Shown: positions 28,895 through 38,919, numbered from the stretch's first letter. The stretch: DNA of 64,000 nucleotides from a bacterium (GCA_963692865.2 OY843592.1:576001-640000); one strand, 5' to 3'. A program made the numbers and translations. The notes: a model not told the origin generated them from the letters alone.

Positions 28895-29315
28895 GGGGGG
28901 TTGTTGAAAAGTCCTCCTCGCTCGGAGTTGACCACCGCCGTCATTGTCGTTTCTGTTGTAGGGGACGCATATATGTGTGGGGCGGCCCTGAGGAGGGGCC
29001 GCCACCTACACAACCCTCCGAATGACGATCGTAGGGGCAGGTCGCGACCTTGGGCCGTTCACAAGAACGGCCCACTACGGTAGGCGGCGGCTCCTCCCTC
29101 CGCGGTCGGAACCGACTTCTTGGGACCCACGACGAATTTGGTTTTCGTTCGTCATTCCGGCGAAAGCCGGAATCCATTTGCGGGTGTGGATGAATGAAAG
29201 ACGGCGTTTCACTCCCCGCCGATGCGCAGGAACCCTGACGAAAGGCGTAAAATGGATTCCGGCTTTCGCCGGAATGACGGCAACCCCTCCCACATCGAGG
29301 TATTTCGACAACCCC
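28895..29315. mobile_element. MITE-like island D with GTAG and CGTC REPs
   Basis: GGGGTTGTTGAAAAG...TTTCGACAACCCC; ~29150-29280 is an inverted near-copy of ~4119-4257. Confidence 0.75.
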
Positions 29316-29362
29316 GAAGGCGCCGCATCATCATCGACGCGGGATCATCCCCGGCTAAACCC

Positions 29363-29686
29363 TCAGCGCAGTTCGTTCACGTACCTCGCCACGTTCTCGA
29401 TCGCCTCTCCCCGGATATAGGGCAGGGCGGGCATCTTGTTCCGGCCCCGGCGGACGACCTCTTTGATATAGGCGGGAGGCAGCGCGCGGCCGCGCAGGGG
29501 ATTTCCCAACCCTCCTTTCCCCTCGCCGCGCGCTCCGTGGCAGGCGGCGCAGGTCTGCGCGAAGAGCGCCGCGCCGTCTCCGGTGGTGAGGATCGTTTCT
29601 TCCTGCGGCGGGTTCTGGAAGATGAGCAGAAAAACGACGAGCGCGCCGCCAAGGAGGACGAACGAGGCGGCGACCCACTTGTCCAA
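29363..29686 (-). CDS. Membrane-anchored monoheme cytochrome c
   Basis: N-terminal TM, CAACH, distal MP. Confidence 0.9.
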   Translation of the reverse strand: MDKWVAASFVLLGGALVVFLLIFQNPPQEETILTTGDGAALFAQTCAACHGARGEGKGGLGNPLRGRALPPAYIKEVVRRGRNKMPALPYIRGEAIENVARYVNELR

Positions 29687-29706
29687 ACTCAGAATGTCCC
29701 TACGCT

Positions 29707-31020
29707 TTATTCGTTCAATGGGAGCGGCCTGTGAAGGAACATCCGCGCATCGGCACCCTCATAGTCCGATACCAGGTGGCCGTTTCCCTCTAGCTGGTAC
29801 TTGTACGTCACCAGGCCCTCGAGGCCGACCGGGCCGCGCGCGTGAATCTTGTCCGTGGCGATTCCCACCTCCGCGCCGAAGCCGTAACGGAAGCCGTCCG
29901 CCAGGCGCGTGGACGCGTTCCACATGACGCTGGCGGCGTCGACTCTGGAGAGAAACGTCCGCGCCGCCGCTTCATCCGCCGTGACGATGGCGTCGGTGTG
30001 GCGCGAGCCGTAGCGGTTGATGTGATCGACGGCCTCTTCGAGTGATTCCACCACCCGGACGGATAGGATCAAGTCCAGATATTCCGTCTCCCAGTCCTCT
30101 TCCGAAACCGCGCCCGCGCTCGCAAGAATCGCCCGCGTGGCGTCGCAGCCCCGGATGGCGACCCCCTTCTCCGCAAGCGCCTCGGCGGCCCGCGGGAGGA
30201 ACTCGCCCGCTTTTTTCTCATGCACCAGGAGCGTCTCGATGGCGTTGCAGACGGCGGGGTACTGCGTCTTGGCGTCGAACGTCAGACGCACGGCCATCCC
30301 GGTGTCGGCCGCCTCGTCCACGTAGAGGTGACAGATGCCGTCCGCGTGGCCGAGCACCGGTATGTTCGAGTGCTCCTTGATGTAGCGGACGAACTCGTTG
30401 CTCCCGCGCGGTATGAGCAGGTCGACCGCATCGTCGCGCGACAGGAGCGCCTGCACGTCTTCTCGCGCCTCGACGAGTTGGAGCGCGTCGGCGGGAACCT
30501 CGCCCGTCGATGACGCCGCATCCCTCAAAAGTTCCGAGACGAGTCGGTTCGTGCGCGCGGCCTCGCGGCCCCCTTTCAGGATGGCGGCGTTGCCGGATTT
30601 GATGCAAAGCGAGGCGATCTGCACGAGCGCGTCGGGCCGGGATTCGAACACGGCGGCGACCACGCCCAAGGGGCACGTGACCCGCCTGAGCGTCAACTCC
30701 TCATCGAGCAGCGTCGCCATGCGCGCCACGCCCAGGGGGTCGGGCAGGGCGGCCACCGCGCGCACGCCGTCCGCGATCTGCGCCACCTTGCGCTCGCTCA
30801 GTTCCAGGCGTCTCAGCAAAGGCTCGGACATCTCCCCGCTCGCGACGAGCGGCTCCGCCGCGGCGGCGTCTTCCGCGTTTGCTTCGAGAATCCGCACCGC
30901 GTTCCCGTCAATCGCGTCCGCCATGGCGGCCAGGGCGCGATTCCGCGCCTCGTTCGTCAGGGGCGCCAGCGCGAGCGCGGCGCTCCTCGCCGCAAGGCAT
31001 ATGGCGTTGATGTCGCTCAA
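29707..31020 (-). CDS. proA: Gamma-glutamyl phosphate reductase
   Basis: FESRPD, KSGNAAILKGG, IPRGS, VCNAIETLLVH, KIHARGPVGL. Confidence 0.97.
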   Translation of the reverse strand: MSDINAICLAARSAALALAPLTNEARNRALAAMADAIDGNAVRILEANAEDAAAAEPLVASGEMSEPLLRRLELSERKVAQIADGVRAVAALPDPLGVARMATLLDEELTLRRVTCPLGVVAAVFESRPDALVQIASLCIKSGNAAILKGGREAARTNRLVSELLRDAASSTGEVPADALQLVEAREDVQALLSRDDAVDLLIPRGSNEFVRYIKEHSNIPVLGHADGICHLYVDEAADTGMAVRLTFDAKTQYPAVCNAIETLLVHEKKAGEFLPRAAEALAEKGVAIRGCDATRAILASAGAVSEEDWETEYLDLILSVRVVESLEEAVDHINRYGSRHTDAIVTADEAAARTFLSRVDAASVMWNASTRLADGFRYGFGAEVGIATDKIHARGPVGLEGLVTYKYQLEGNGHLVSDYEGADARMFLHRPLPLNE

Positions 31021-31093
31021 ATCGAGGCTCCCTCATCAATTCTAAAAGACCGGCTGTGGATTATAGGCCGGGGCGAAACGACCGGCAAACGAT

Positions 31094-31990
31094 TCAGGTT
31101 TTTCTCTTCTTCCATTCCTCGCAGCGCCGCTCGACGTAATCGAGGATAACGGGCGCCACCTCGGGGCCGCCGGCGCGCTCCACGCCCTCGAAGCCGGGTG
31201 CGGCGTTCACCTCCAGAACCAGCGGGCCCTTTTTCGTCTCCAGCAGGTCGACGCCCGCGATTTCAAGCCCGCACAACTTCGCGGCGCTTATGGCGAGTCC
31301 CGCCGCTCTCTTTGTGGGGATGGTTTTTTTCACCGAACCTCCTTGGTGCAGGTTCGTGCGAAACTCATCCCCGGAGGCGCGCCTTCTCACGGCGGCCGCT
31401 ACTTCGCCGCCCACGACGATGATCCGCAAATCCCCCTTCCTGGCTTCCTCGACGTATTCCTGGACGATGGCGTCGCGCTGCAGATTCCACATCACCTCGG
31501 AGATGGCCTGCGCTTCTTCAGCATCGTGGGCGCGCATGACGCCCTTGCCCTGCGTGCCGCGAGGCAGCTTCATGACGACTGGCGCGCCGCCCACGCTGTC
31601 GAGCGCCGCCCGCAGATACGCCGGATCGGGCGCGAACGCCGTTTTCGGCACCGGGAGTCCGTTTTGCGCCAGAAGCTGAAGAGTGCGCAGCTTGTCCCGC
31701 GCCGTCTCTATCGCGCGCGAGTTGTTGACGACCAGCGCGCCGGAGGCTTCCAGATGACGGATGAGGGCCAGGGAATGCTCGGAGATGTTCGCCCCCAGGC
31801 GCGGAAGATATACGTCCGCCCCCGCGAAGGGCTTCTCCCTGAATTCGAGCGATATCTCCCCCGCGCTGAGCTTCAGCAGGAAGCGGTACGGATCGAGCAC
31901 GCGCACCCGGTGCTTTCTCCGCCTGGCGGCCTCCGAGATTCTGCGCACGCCGTGCAAGGTCGCATCGCGGCAAAGGATTCCGATTCTCAC
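31094..31990 (-). CDS. rimK: RimK family ATP-grasp ligase
   Basis: ARDKLR, GTQGKGV, FRTNLHQGG, GVDLL, LEVNAAPG. Confidence 0.88.
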   Translation of the reverse strand: MRIGILCRDATLHGVRRISEAARRRKHRVRVLDPYRFLLKLSAGEISLEFREKPFAGADVYLPRLGANISEHSLALIRHLEASGALVVNNSRAIETARDKLRTLQLLAQNGLPVPKTAFAPDPAYLRAALDSVGGAPVVMKLPRGTQGKGVMRAHDAEEAQAISEVMWNLQRDAIVQEYVEEARKGDLRIIVVGGEVAAAVRRRASGDEFRTNLHQGGSVKKTIPTKRAAGLAISAAKLCGLEIAGVDLLETKKGPLVLEVNAAPGFEGVERAGGPEVAPVILDYVERRCEEWKKRKT

Positions 31991-32172
31991 CCCTCACTCC
32001 TTGCGCAATTCATGGATGAGGCGGGATTCTAGCATCCGGGCCCTGGCTTCGGAACGACTATAAGGACGTAAAGTGAGGATTCCCCTCCCGGCGGCCCCTT
32101 GCCGGATGGCGTGGGCCACCGAGGGGGAGGTATGTGGGGCGCGGCCCAGTGGTTGGGCCACGGCAGGATTTT

Positions 32173-32643
32173 CTATGCGGCTCTCTGGAGAGCCTCTTGC
32201 TGTTTCGCCACTCCCTGAACCAGCAGGACGTGGGCTTTCACTTTTTTCGCGAGACGCGGGGCGATGTGCGCCAACCCGAAGCGCCGCCTCAGCCATCCGC
32301 CCTCTCCGGCGCCCAAGAGAACGAGGTCGGCGTCCAGCTTCTCCGCCGCCTCGACCACCTCATGCAGCGGAGCGCCGTTCGTCACGGAAACCTCGACGCG
32401 CAGACCCCGGGCTTCCAGCTTGCGGCGCAAGGGCTGCAGATACGCTTCGCCCGAGCGCTTGCGCGCATCGTGAATCTGATCGGCGTAGGTCGTGTAGCCT
32501 TCCAGTTGCCTCGACTGCATGACGCCGTTTTCCACCAGTTGCAGATGAACGACTTGCGGGTTCATCGAGAGGTGAACCACCTCATGTACGGCGGCTTCCG
32601 CCTCTTCCGAACCGTCCAGGGGAATCAGTATTCGCTCATACAT
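32173..32643 (-). CDS. Universal stress protein
   Basis: MYERILIPLDGSE...ADLVLLG...HVLLV. Confidence 0.9.
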   Translation of the reverse strand: MYERILIPLDGSEEAEAAVHEVVHLSMNPQVVHLQLVENGVMQSRQLEGYTTYADQIHDARKRSGEAYLQPLRRKLEARGLRVEVSVTNGAPLHEVVEAAEKLDADLVLLGAGEGGWLRRRFGLAHIAPRLAKKVKAHVLLVQGVAKQQEALQRAA

Positions 32644-32680
32644 TGTTTCTCTCCGTTTCCCGAATTCCTGAGCCATGCTT

Positions 32681-32881
32681 CTAGGCGGCTTTCCGCAATT
32701 CCGATTGGGGGTTGATGGCGTCCAGCAGTTTCGTTTCGACCAGGGCTATCCTGGCGTCGTTCGTCTGCGCTGCTTTCGCCCGAGGCCGATGGATGATGCT
32801 GGAGGTCATGAACCACCAAATCGCGGCGAATGCGAACAAAGCCGGAAGCCCCGCCACCACGTACATCTTGAGAAATTCCAT
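32681..32881 (-). CDS. Small single-TM protein
   Basis: 66 aa, AAGGAGG RBS, TM YVVAGLPALFAFAAIWWF. Confidence 0.65.
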   Translation of the reverse strand: MEFLKMYVVAGLPALFAFAAIWWFMTSSIIHRPRAKAAQTNDARIALVETKLLDAINPQSELRKAA

Positions 32882-32939
32882 CTCACGCCTCCTTTCCCTC
32901 ATACTGCGGTACTCAGGAAACTCACTTGTCTATATTATA

Positions 32940-32956
32940 AGCAAAATTCATGCCAA
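32940..32956 (-). promoter_or_regulatory. Sigma-54 (-24/-12) promoter
   Basis: Minus strand TTGGCATGAATTTTGCT matches TGGCAY-N5-TTGC. Confidence 0.8.
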
Positions 32957-33138
32957 AACATGGGTATCTCACAAACCATCAAATTTACAAGGCTTTATGA
33001 CGTGATATGCGCGGTGGAAAGGAGCCAGCGGGATGAAAAACTTAACGATATTTCATAATTATACGATTTGCCGCCGACTTTTTGTCGTGCTATTCGTCGC
33101 AAACGATACGGCAAATCTACCCTGAAACCGTGTCCTTC

Positions 33139-33605
33139 GGGGGTTGTTGAAAAAATCCTCGCCGGGGGTGTCGCTTCCCCCCGCCAAGGGCGGCCACGGG
33201 GGGCCGCCCCTACGGGACCCCGGACTCGAAACGAGGCGTAGGGACAGGCCCCCGTGCCTGTCCATGCGAAGCGCAACCACGGGGGTGGACATATTCGATA
33301 CGGGAGGACACGCGGGTCCTCCCCTACGAAGACCCCATGATTGTTGTAGTGACAGCCCCTCCTCGGGGCTGTCCCACAGGTCGCGACCTGTCCCTACGGC
33401 TCCATTGCAGAGCGCCAACCAACCACTCCCCCCTTGAGGGGGTTGTTGAAAAACCTATCCCTCTCGCATCAACCACGTTTTACCCGTAGGGGTCGCATAT
33501 CATGCGACCCGTATTGTGAAGGCGAAAAGGCAGGGCCGCATGATATGCGGCCCCTACGGTGAGATACCGACCGGCCCGCAAGGGGTTTTTCAACAGCCCC
33601 TTGAG
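33139..33605. mobile_element. Mosaic island E: GTAG REP run plus a complete MITE at 33439-33600
   Basis: Several GTAGGG.../...CCCTAC palindromes; inner element with inverted ends flanked by a TTGAG direct repeat. Confidence 0.85.
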
Positions 33606-33678
33606 GGTCGGTCTTCCCGAGGAGGAAAGACCGGCTGAACCTGCCCCATCGTCCCTTTCACGGTCTGGGAACCGGTTC

Positions 33679-34335
33679 TCAGTCCTGCAGGCGGCTGAAA
33701 AAATAGCCCGCGCAAAGGCCCAGAACGACCCAGAAGGCGGCCGAGGCCATGAGCGCCGTGAGGATGAATCTCTCGAGAAGCGCCCGGGGAACCAGTCCGC
33801 CGTCCGCTTCGGGGTGGGGGGCGCCGATGACGTGCGGGAGAACCATGAGGACGACGCCCAGCGCCTTGAAAACCGCCCCCGGCTTGAAAGCCAGGAGAGC
33901 AAGGCCCGCCGCCGTGGCCGCGACTGTCAGAATCCACCAGAGCTGTCTGTGCGGCAGGGAGGCCGCAGGGACTCCGGGGAGTTCGGGCGGCAAGCCCACC
34001 GCGGGCGCGAGGGAGAAGACGATGAAGCCGCCCACTCCCCACAGAATTCCCCGCCGCCAGTCCACCTCGCCGCGTATGGCGAAACAGCCGACGAGCAAAA
34101 GCGCGAAGCCGACGCCCGAGACGACGTTCGAGACCAGGGTGAGGGCCAGGCGCGAGGCGTCCCCCTTCCCACCCGAGTGGTCCTCATGGGTCTGGGGGAG
34201 GGGGACGGGTTCTCGCCGCTCGTATTTTTCCGCCTCGTATATCAGGGGAATGACTTGAACCGACTGAACGGCGGTGGCGAATAGCCCCGCGATCACGCCC
34301 GAGACGACGGCCGCGAAAAAGATTCTCTGGAACAT
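33679..34335 (-). CDS. cbtA: CbtA family putative cobalt transporter
   Basis: PLIYEAEKYE, LAPAVGLPPELPG, RQLWW, PHVIGAP. Confidence 0.88.
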   Translation of the reverse strand: MFQRIFFAAVVSGVIAGLFATAVQSVQVIPLIYEAEKYERREPVPLPQTHEDHSGGKGDASRLALTLVSNVVSGVGFALLLVGCFAIRGEVDWRRGILWGVGGFIVFSLAPAVGLPPELPGVPAASLPHRQLWWILTVAATAAGLALLAFKPGAVFKALGVVLMVLPHVIGAPHPEADGGLVPRALLERFILTALMASAAFWVVLGLCAGYFFSRLQD

Positions 34336-34385
34336 GCCTGTTCCCCAAATTGTCCGTCAAAAGCAGGGTGCGGCCTTCGGCCTTT

Positions 34386-34769
34386 CTACTTCATCTCCAT
34401 CATCTCGACCACGACGCCGTCGGGGCCTTCCACGTAGGCGAACCAGAGCTCATCCGCCTCGCCTTCAGCGATGACGTTTCCGCCGTTCGCGCGGACCTCG
34501 GCGACCGCATCGGCGAGTTTGCCCTCCACGCAGTACGCATAGTGATCGATGCTGTAGCGCGGCCAGCCGCCCGGCCCGTCCGCCAGTTCCTCGCCGTCGC
34601 GCTTGCCGCGAATGATGATGCTCGCGCCCTGAACGTCGAGATAGACCTGCGGCGCGCCGCCTCGGTCGATGCGGTTGGTCTCGGTCGCCCCGAAGACGTT
34701 CACGTAGAAGGCCACCGCCTCGTCCACGTCCGTGTGCACGCAATGAATATGATCGAACGTCAGTTTCAT
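34386..34769 (-). CDS. VOC (glyoxalase) family protein
   Basis: FDHIH...AFYVNVFG...IDH...GPDGVVVE. Confidence 0.88.
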   Translation of the reverse strand: MKLTFDHIHCVHTDVDEAVAFYVNVFGATETNRIDRGGAPQVYLDVQGASIIIRGKRDGEELADGPGGWPRYSIDHYAYCVEGKLADAVAEVRANGGNVIAEGEADELWFAYVEGPDGVVVEMMEMK

Positions 34770-34824
34770 TTTTTCTCTTCTCCCGTTGGTATGGATTGAA
34801 AAAGCCTGTGCGTTTCGTTTTACC

Positions 34825-35262
34825 TCAAACCGCCGGGTCCACCCAGTTGAGTTCGAGCAGGTTGCCGTCGGGGTCCTTGAAGAAGATCGTCTTTCTCTCG
34901 GGCACGCGGGATAGTATGCCGGACAACAATTCCACGCCCGCGTCTTGCAGGTGCGCCACGGCGGCCTCCATGTCCTTCACCCAGAAGGTGAGGTAGCGAA
35001 ACCCGGCCGCCGAATCCGCGAGCGCATCCGCGGCGCCCGGCGCATCCGGGAATTCGAGCAGCTTGATGAGCACCTCGCCCGATTTCAGGGCGTGGAGCTT
35101 CACGCCGCCTTTGGCGAAACCCGCCGCGCGCACGAAATCGCCCGGCACGTCGATAACCGCCGCCTCTTCGAGGCCCAGCACCTCGGTGTAGAACTTCTTC
35201 ATCGCGTCGATGTTCCTCGTGGAAAGCCCCACGTCCACGCCGCCGCGCGTCGTCTCGAACAT
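34825..35262 (-). CDS. VOC (glyoxalase) family protein
   Basis: FYTEVLGL...FFKDPDGNLLEL; AGGAGG RBS. Confidence 0.88.
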   Translation of the reverse strand: MFETTRGGVDVGLSTRNIDAMKKFYTEVLGLEEAAVIDVPGDFVRAAGFAKGGVKLHALKSGEVLIKLLEFPDAPGAADALADSAAGFRYLTFWVKDMEAAVAHLQDAGVELLSGILSRVPERKTIFFKDPDGNLLELNWVDPAV

Positions 35263-35466
35263 ACCTGCCTCCTGAGTGGCGCAAACCGAAAAGGAGCCGA
35301 CCCCCTCAACTCGATTGCGCGAAACGAGCAATGAAGATACATTATTTCCCATAAAGAGAAAATCTACGGGAAGGCGGGCGCCGCTCGAACGTGATCGACC
35401 CATGAGCGGTCGCGCGCAGCGCCGGGCGGTTCTGACGCCAATGGCGCGTGGAGAACGGGACCAGGT

Positions 35467-35943
35467 ATGCGCAAGGCCGATCTGATAACGGGCGTCGCTT
35501 TTCTCGCCTTCACCATCGTCTCATTCGCGTATCTCATCCCCTACCAGATCGTCTCCTCGATTCCCATCGACGAATCGACCCCCGCCGTCCTGCGGCCCGA
35601 GTTCTTCCCGCAACTCACCATGGCGCTCTTCGCTGTCACCTGCGTGCTGATGATGGGCGCCGCGCTCAAGAACTTCTCGGGCGAGCGATTATGGGACGAC
35701 GCGAAAGGTTCGCTCACCCGGGTCTGCTCCGTCCTCGTCCTCACGCTCCTCTACGTGCAGGCGCTCAAGCTCCTTGGATTCGCTTACACTTCTCCATTCT
35801 TCATGGCCGCCATCATCTATCTCCTCGGAATCAGGGACTGGCGTCTGCTCGTCTCGACCGCCATCCTGTTCCCGCTGTTCCTGACGTATTTCTTCTGGTT
35901 CAGCTTCCAGGTCATCCTGCCCGAAGGGAGCTTGTTCCCTTGA
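35467..35943 (+). CDS. tctB: Tripartite tricarboxylate transporter small subunit
   Basis: Four TMs, PEFFP, LLGF, C-terminal LPEG. Confidence 0.85.
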   Translation: MRKADLITGVAFLAFTIVSFAYLIPYQIVSSIPIDESTPAVLRPEFFPQLTMALFAVTCVLMMGAALKNFSGERLWDDAKGSLTRVCSVLVLTLLYVQALKLLGFAYTSPFFMAAIIYLLGIRDWRLLVSTAILFPLFLTYFFWFSFQVILPEGSLFP

Positions 35944-37436
35944 TCGAGCAAATCCTCGAGGGCATCTCGATCGCGCTCACGTTCGAGGCGCTGGGCATGG
36001 TGGCGATCGGCGTTTTCGCAGGGATCACCGTGGGCGCGATTCCCGGCTTGACCGGCGTGATGGCGACGGCGATTCTCGTGCCCTTTTCCTTCTTCATGGC
36101 GCCCACGCTTGGCATCCCCTTTCTGCTGGGCGTTCACAAGGGCGCGCTCTTCGGCGGCTCGATTCCGGCGATCCTCGTGAACACGCCCGGTACCCCGCCC
36201 GCGGCGGCCACCTGTCTCGACGGTTACCCCCTCGCCCAGAAGGGCGAGGCGAAAAGCGCGATCCAGATGTCACTCTACTCCTCCACCCTGGGCGATACGT
36301 TCAGCGACATCGCGCTCATCGTCGCGGCCATCCCGCTCGCGGCGATGGCGCTCAAGTTCGGGCCGGCGGATTTCTTCGGCCTGCTCGTCATGGGCCTCAC
36401 CGTCATATCGAGCGTCACGGGCGCTTCGGTGTCGAAGGGCATCCTCTCCGCCCTCATCGGACTGATGTTCGGCCTGGTGGGACTCGACGCCATCTCGGGG
36501 GCGGAGCGGTTCACCTTCAGCCTGCCCACGCTCGAGGGGGGCATCGGCCTCGTGCCCCTGCTCATCGGCCTGTTCGCGGTGAGCGAAGTGCTCATCCAGG
36601 CGGAGAAGAAGATAACCCAACTCGCCGAAAAGCCGCCGACCTCGCACTTGAGGGGCGGACGCTCGCTCAAGATGGAGGAGTTCACGGCGTCCGGCAGGAC
36701 GATCTTCCGCTCCTCGATCATCGGAACCATCGTGGGCGCGATTCCCGGAACGGGTTCTTCCATCGCGACGTTCATCGGCTACGGCGCGGCGAAGCGGGCT
36801 TCCAAGAAACCCGAGGAATTCGGCAAAGGCAGCTACGAGGGGGTGGCGGCGGCCGAAGCCGCCAACAGCGCCGTGGCGGGGGCGGACCTCATTCCCACCC
36901 TCACGCTGGGCATCCCCGGCGGGGGGACGGCGGCCATCCTGATGGGGGCGTTCATCGCGCAGGGACTGCGGCCCGGGCCCTCGCTGTTCGAGGAAAACGC
37001 CACGACGATGTACGCCATATTCGCCCTGCTCCTGATCGGGAACCCCATCATGCTCGTCCAGGGCTGGCTGCTCACCGGCATATTCGCCTGGGTGGTCACC
37101 ATCCGGCAGTCGCTGCTGCTGCCCTGCATCATCATGTTCTGCGTGGTGGGGGGATACATCTTCCAGAACAATTTGGGCGACGTGGAGCTTTCCCTCATCG
37201 CTGGCGTGTTCGGCTATCTGCTCAGGAAGATGAACTACCCGCTCGCGCCGCTCGTGATCGCCTACATCATCACGCCGATGGCGGAGCGTTCCTTCAAACA
37301 GGCGCTTCTGCTCTCGCAAGGCGATTACTCGGTGTTCTTCACCCGTCCGATTTCGCTGTTCTTCATTCTCTTGGCCGCACTGATTCTTTTCATGAGCATC
37401 TGGAAGCGGCCCTGGGCGACGCCCGGGGGCGAATAG
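35940..37436 (+). CDS. tctA: Tripartite tricarboxylate transporter large subunit
   Basis: GAIPGL, GGSIPAILVNTPGTP, DGYP, LTLGIPG; TTG start overlaps the tctB stop. Confidence 0.93.
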   Translation: MIEQILEGISIALTFEALGMVAIGVFAGITVGAIPGLTGVMATAILVPFSFFMAPTLGIPFLLGVHKGALFGGSIPAILVNTPGTPPAAATCLDGYPLAQKGEAKSAIQMSLYSSTLGDTFSDIALIVAAIPLAAMALKFGPADFFGLLVMGLTVISSVTGASVSKGILSALIGLMFGLVGLDAISGAERFTFSLPTLEGGIGLVPLLIGLFAVSEVLIQAEKKITQLAEKPPTSHLRGGRSLKMEEFTASGRTIFRSSIIGTIVGAIPGTGSSIATFIGYGAAKRASKKPEEFGKGSYEGVAAAEAANSAVAGADLIPTLTLGIPGGGTAAILMGAFIAQGLRPGPSLFEENATTMYAIFALLLIGNPIMLVQGWLLTGIFAWVVTIRQSLLLPCIIMFCVVGGYIFQNNLGDVELSLIAGVFGYLLRKMNYPLAPLVIAYIITPMAERSFKQALLLSQGDYSVFFTRPISLFFILLAALILFMSIWKRPWATPGGE

Positions 37437-37462
37437 ATGCCTACCCTAAAAGGAGACCGTAC

Positions 37463-38452
37463 ATGAAAATCACGAAAATACTCCCGGCGGGACTCGCGCT
37501 TGCGCTCGCACTCGTATTCCTGACGAGCGCGACGCCGACGGACGCCGCCAGAAAGTTCCCCTGGAAGCCCATCCGCGTCATCGTGGCCCTTGGCGCGGGC
37601 GGCTCGCATGACATGAACTCCCGCGCCGTGGCGAGCGTGGCCAACGATTACTTCGGCCAGCCGATGATCGTCCAGCTCATGCCGGGCGGCGGCGGCAAGA
37701 TCGGGATGACGGCGCTCAAGCGCGCGAAGCCCGACGGCCACACCATCATGCTGGCTTCCGCATCGCATCTCACCATCGGCCCGCACGTGCGCAACATGGG
37801 CTACGACCCGCTCAAGGACTTCGTTCCCATTTTCATGATCAACAAGGCGGACTACATGATGGTCTCCCCGGCGTCGAAGCCCTGGAAGAATTTCAAGGAA
37901 TTCGAAGCGGCGGCCAAAAAGAACCCCGGCAAGGTGAGCTACGGCTCCTCGGGCATCTACGGGACGGGGCATCTCATGATCCTCAAGATCATGGCCGACA
38001 CGGGCATCAAGCTGAACCACATTCCCTTCAAGGGCGGCGGCCCCGCCTTCCGCGCCATGCTCGGCGGCCACGTGGACAGCGCCGGCGCGCTTCCCGCCAC
38101 GGGCGGCACGCTGGGACGCTACAGGCGCGGGCAGCTGAACATCCTGGGCGTCTGCTCGGAGAAGCGCGTGAAGCTGTTCCCCAAGGTCCCGACCATGAAG
38201 GAAAACGGCGTGGACTTCATACTGGCTTCGAAACGCTTCTACATCGCGCCCAAGGGTATCCCGCAGGACCGCGTCGACTTTCTGGTGGAAGGTTTCAAGA
38301 AGCTGCTCAAGAACAAGTCCTACCTGAGACTCATCAGCAAAATGGGCGAGACGCCCACGCCACTCTACGGCGATGCGCTCAAGAAAGACCTCGCGGACGA
38401 ATATAATCGTTTCGGAAAGATTTTCGCCAGCATCGGCGTGAAGAAGAAATAG
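37463..38452 (+). CDS. tctC: Tripartite tricarboxylate transporter substrate-binding protein (Bug family)
   Basis: PWKPIRVIV..AGGSHD, PGGGG, PDGHT, HIPFKGGG. Confidence 0.93.
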   Translation: MKITKILPAGLALALALVFLTSATPTDAARKFPWKPIRVIVALGAGGSHDMNSRAVASVANDYFGQPMIVQLMPGGGGKIGMTALKRAKPDGHTIMLASASHLTIGPHVRNMGYDPLKDFVPIFMINKADYMMVSPASKPWKNFKEFEAAAKKNPGKVSYGSSGIYGTGHLMILKIMADTGIKLNHIPFKGGGPAFRAMLGGHVDSAGALPATGGTLGRYRRGQLNILGVCSEKRVKLFPKVPTMKENGVDFILASKRFYIAPKGIPQDRVDFLVEGFKKLLKNKSYLRLISKMGETPTPLYGDALKKDLADEYNRFGKIFASIGVKKK

Positions 38453-38463
38453 GCTTCACCAGC

Positions 38464-38500
38464 AAAAACCGCCGGGGTCTCGCGCGAGGCCCCGGCGGTC
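38464..38500. terminator. Intrinsic terminator (U-tract on the minus strand, possibly bidirectional)
   Basis: AAAAACCGCCGGGGTCTC-loop-GAGGCCCCGGCGGT. Confidence 0.75.
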
Positions 38501-38510
38501 TCGCCGTGAC

Positions 38511-38870
38511 GCCCTTCGATACGCGGGTTCAGGGTCCATTCGCGAATGTAGGCCGCTCACGAGGGGCTGTTGAAAAAGCCCCGGGCGGCGATTTTGAGTT
38601 TCGCGCACGCTTTTGAATTTCACTCCCCCCTTGAGGGGGAGTCAACGAGGCAAGGGCGAAGCCCGCAGGCGAGTTGGTGGGGGGTATAATTCGGAATGGC
38701 GCTAAAACGCGATTGATGAATGAGCGTTTGCGAATTGTTTTTCCCTCACCCCCAATCGTTCCTGATGCGCCCCGGCGAACCCTCCCTCATCCGGTCGTGT
38801 TCGTGCCTTCGATACGGCGCTTACGCGCCTACTCAGGATGAGGGTTCAGAGCGCCTACTCGGGATGAGGG
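38511..38870. repeat. Mosaic island F
   Basis: GGGGCTGTTGAAAAA at ~38563, CTCCCCCCTTGAGGGGGAG at ~38622, CCTTCGATACGG..CTCAGGATGA at ~38806; ~38705-38790 similar to ~51917-52002. Confidence 0.75.
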
Positions 38871-38919
38871 GAAAGGGGGAACGTCAAGACGACGCAGGGC
38901 GAGGAAGGCGGCCGCGCCC

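Noticed and set aside
35448-35940. N-terminal extension of the 662-aa TctA ORF (likewise the 547-aa ctaB and 316-aa gmk ORFs)
   Set aside because: Extensions overlap the upstream gene in another frame; the true starts are at the coupled stop/start junctions
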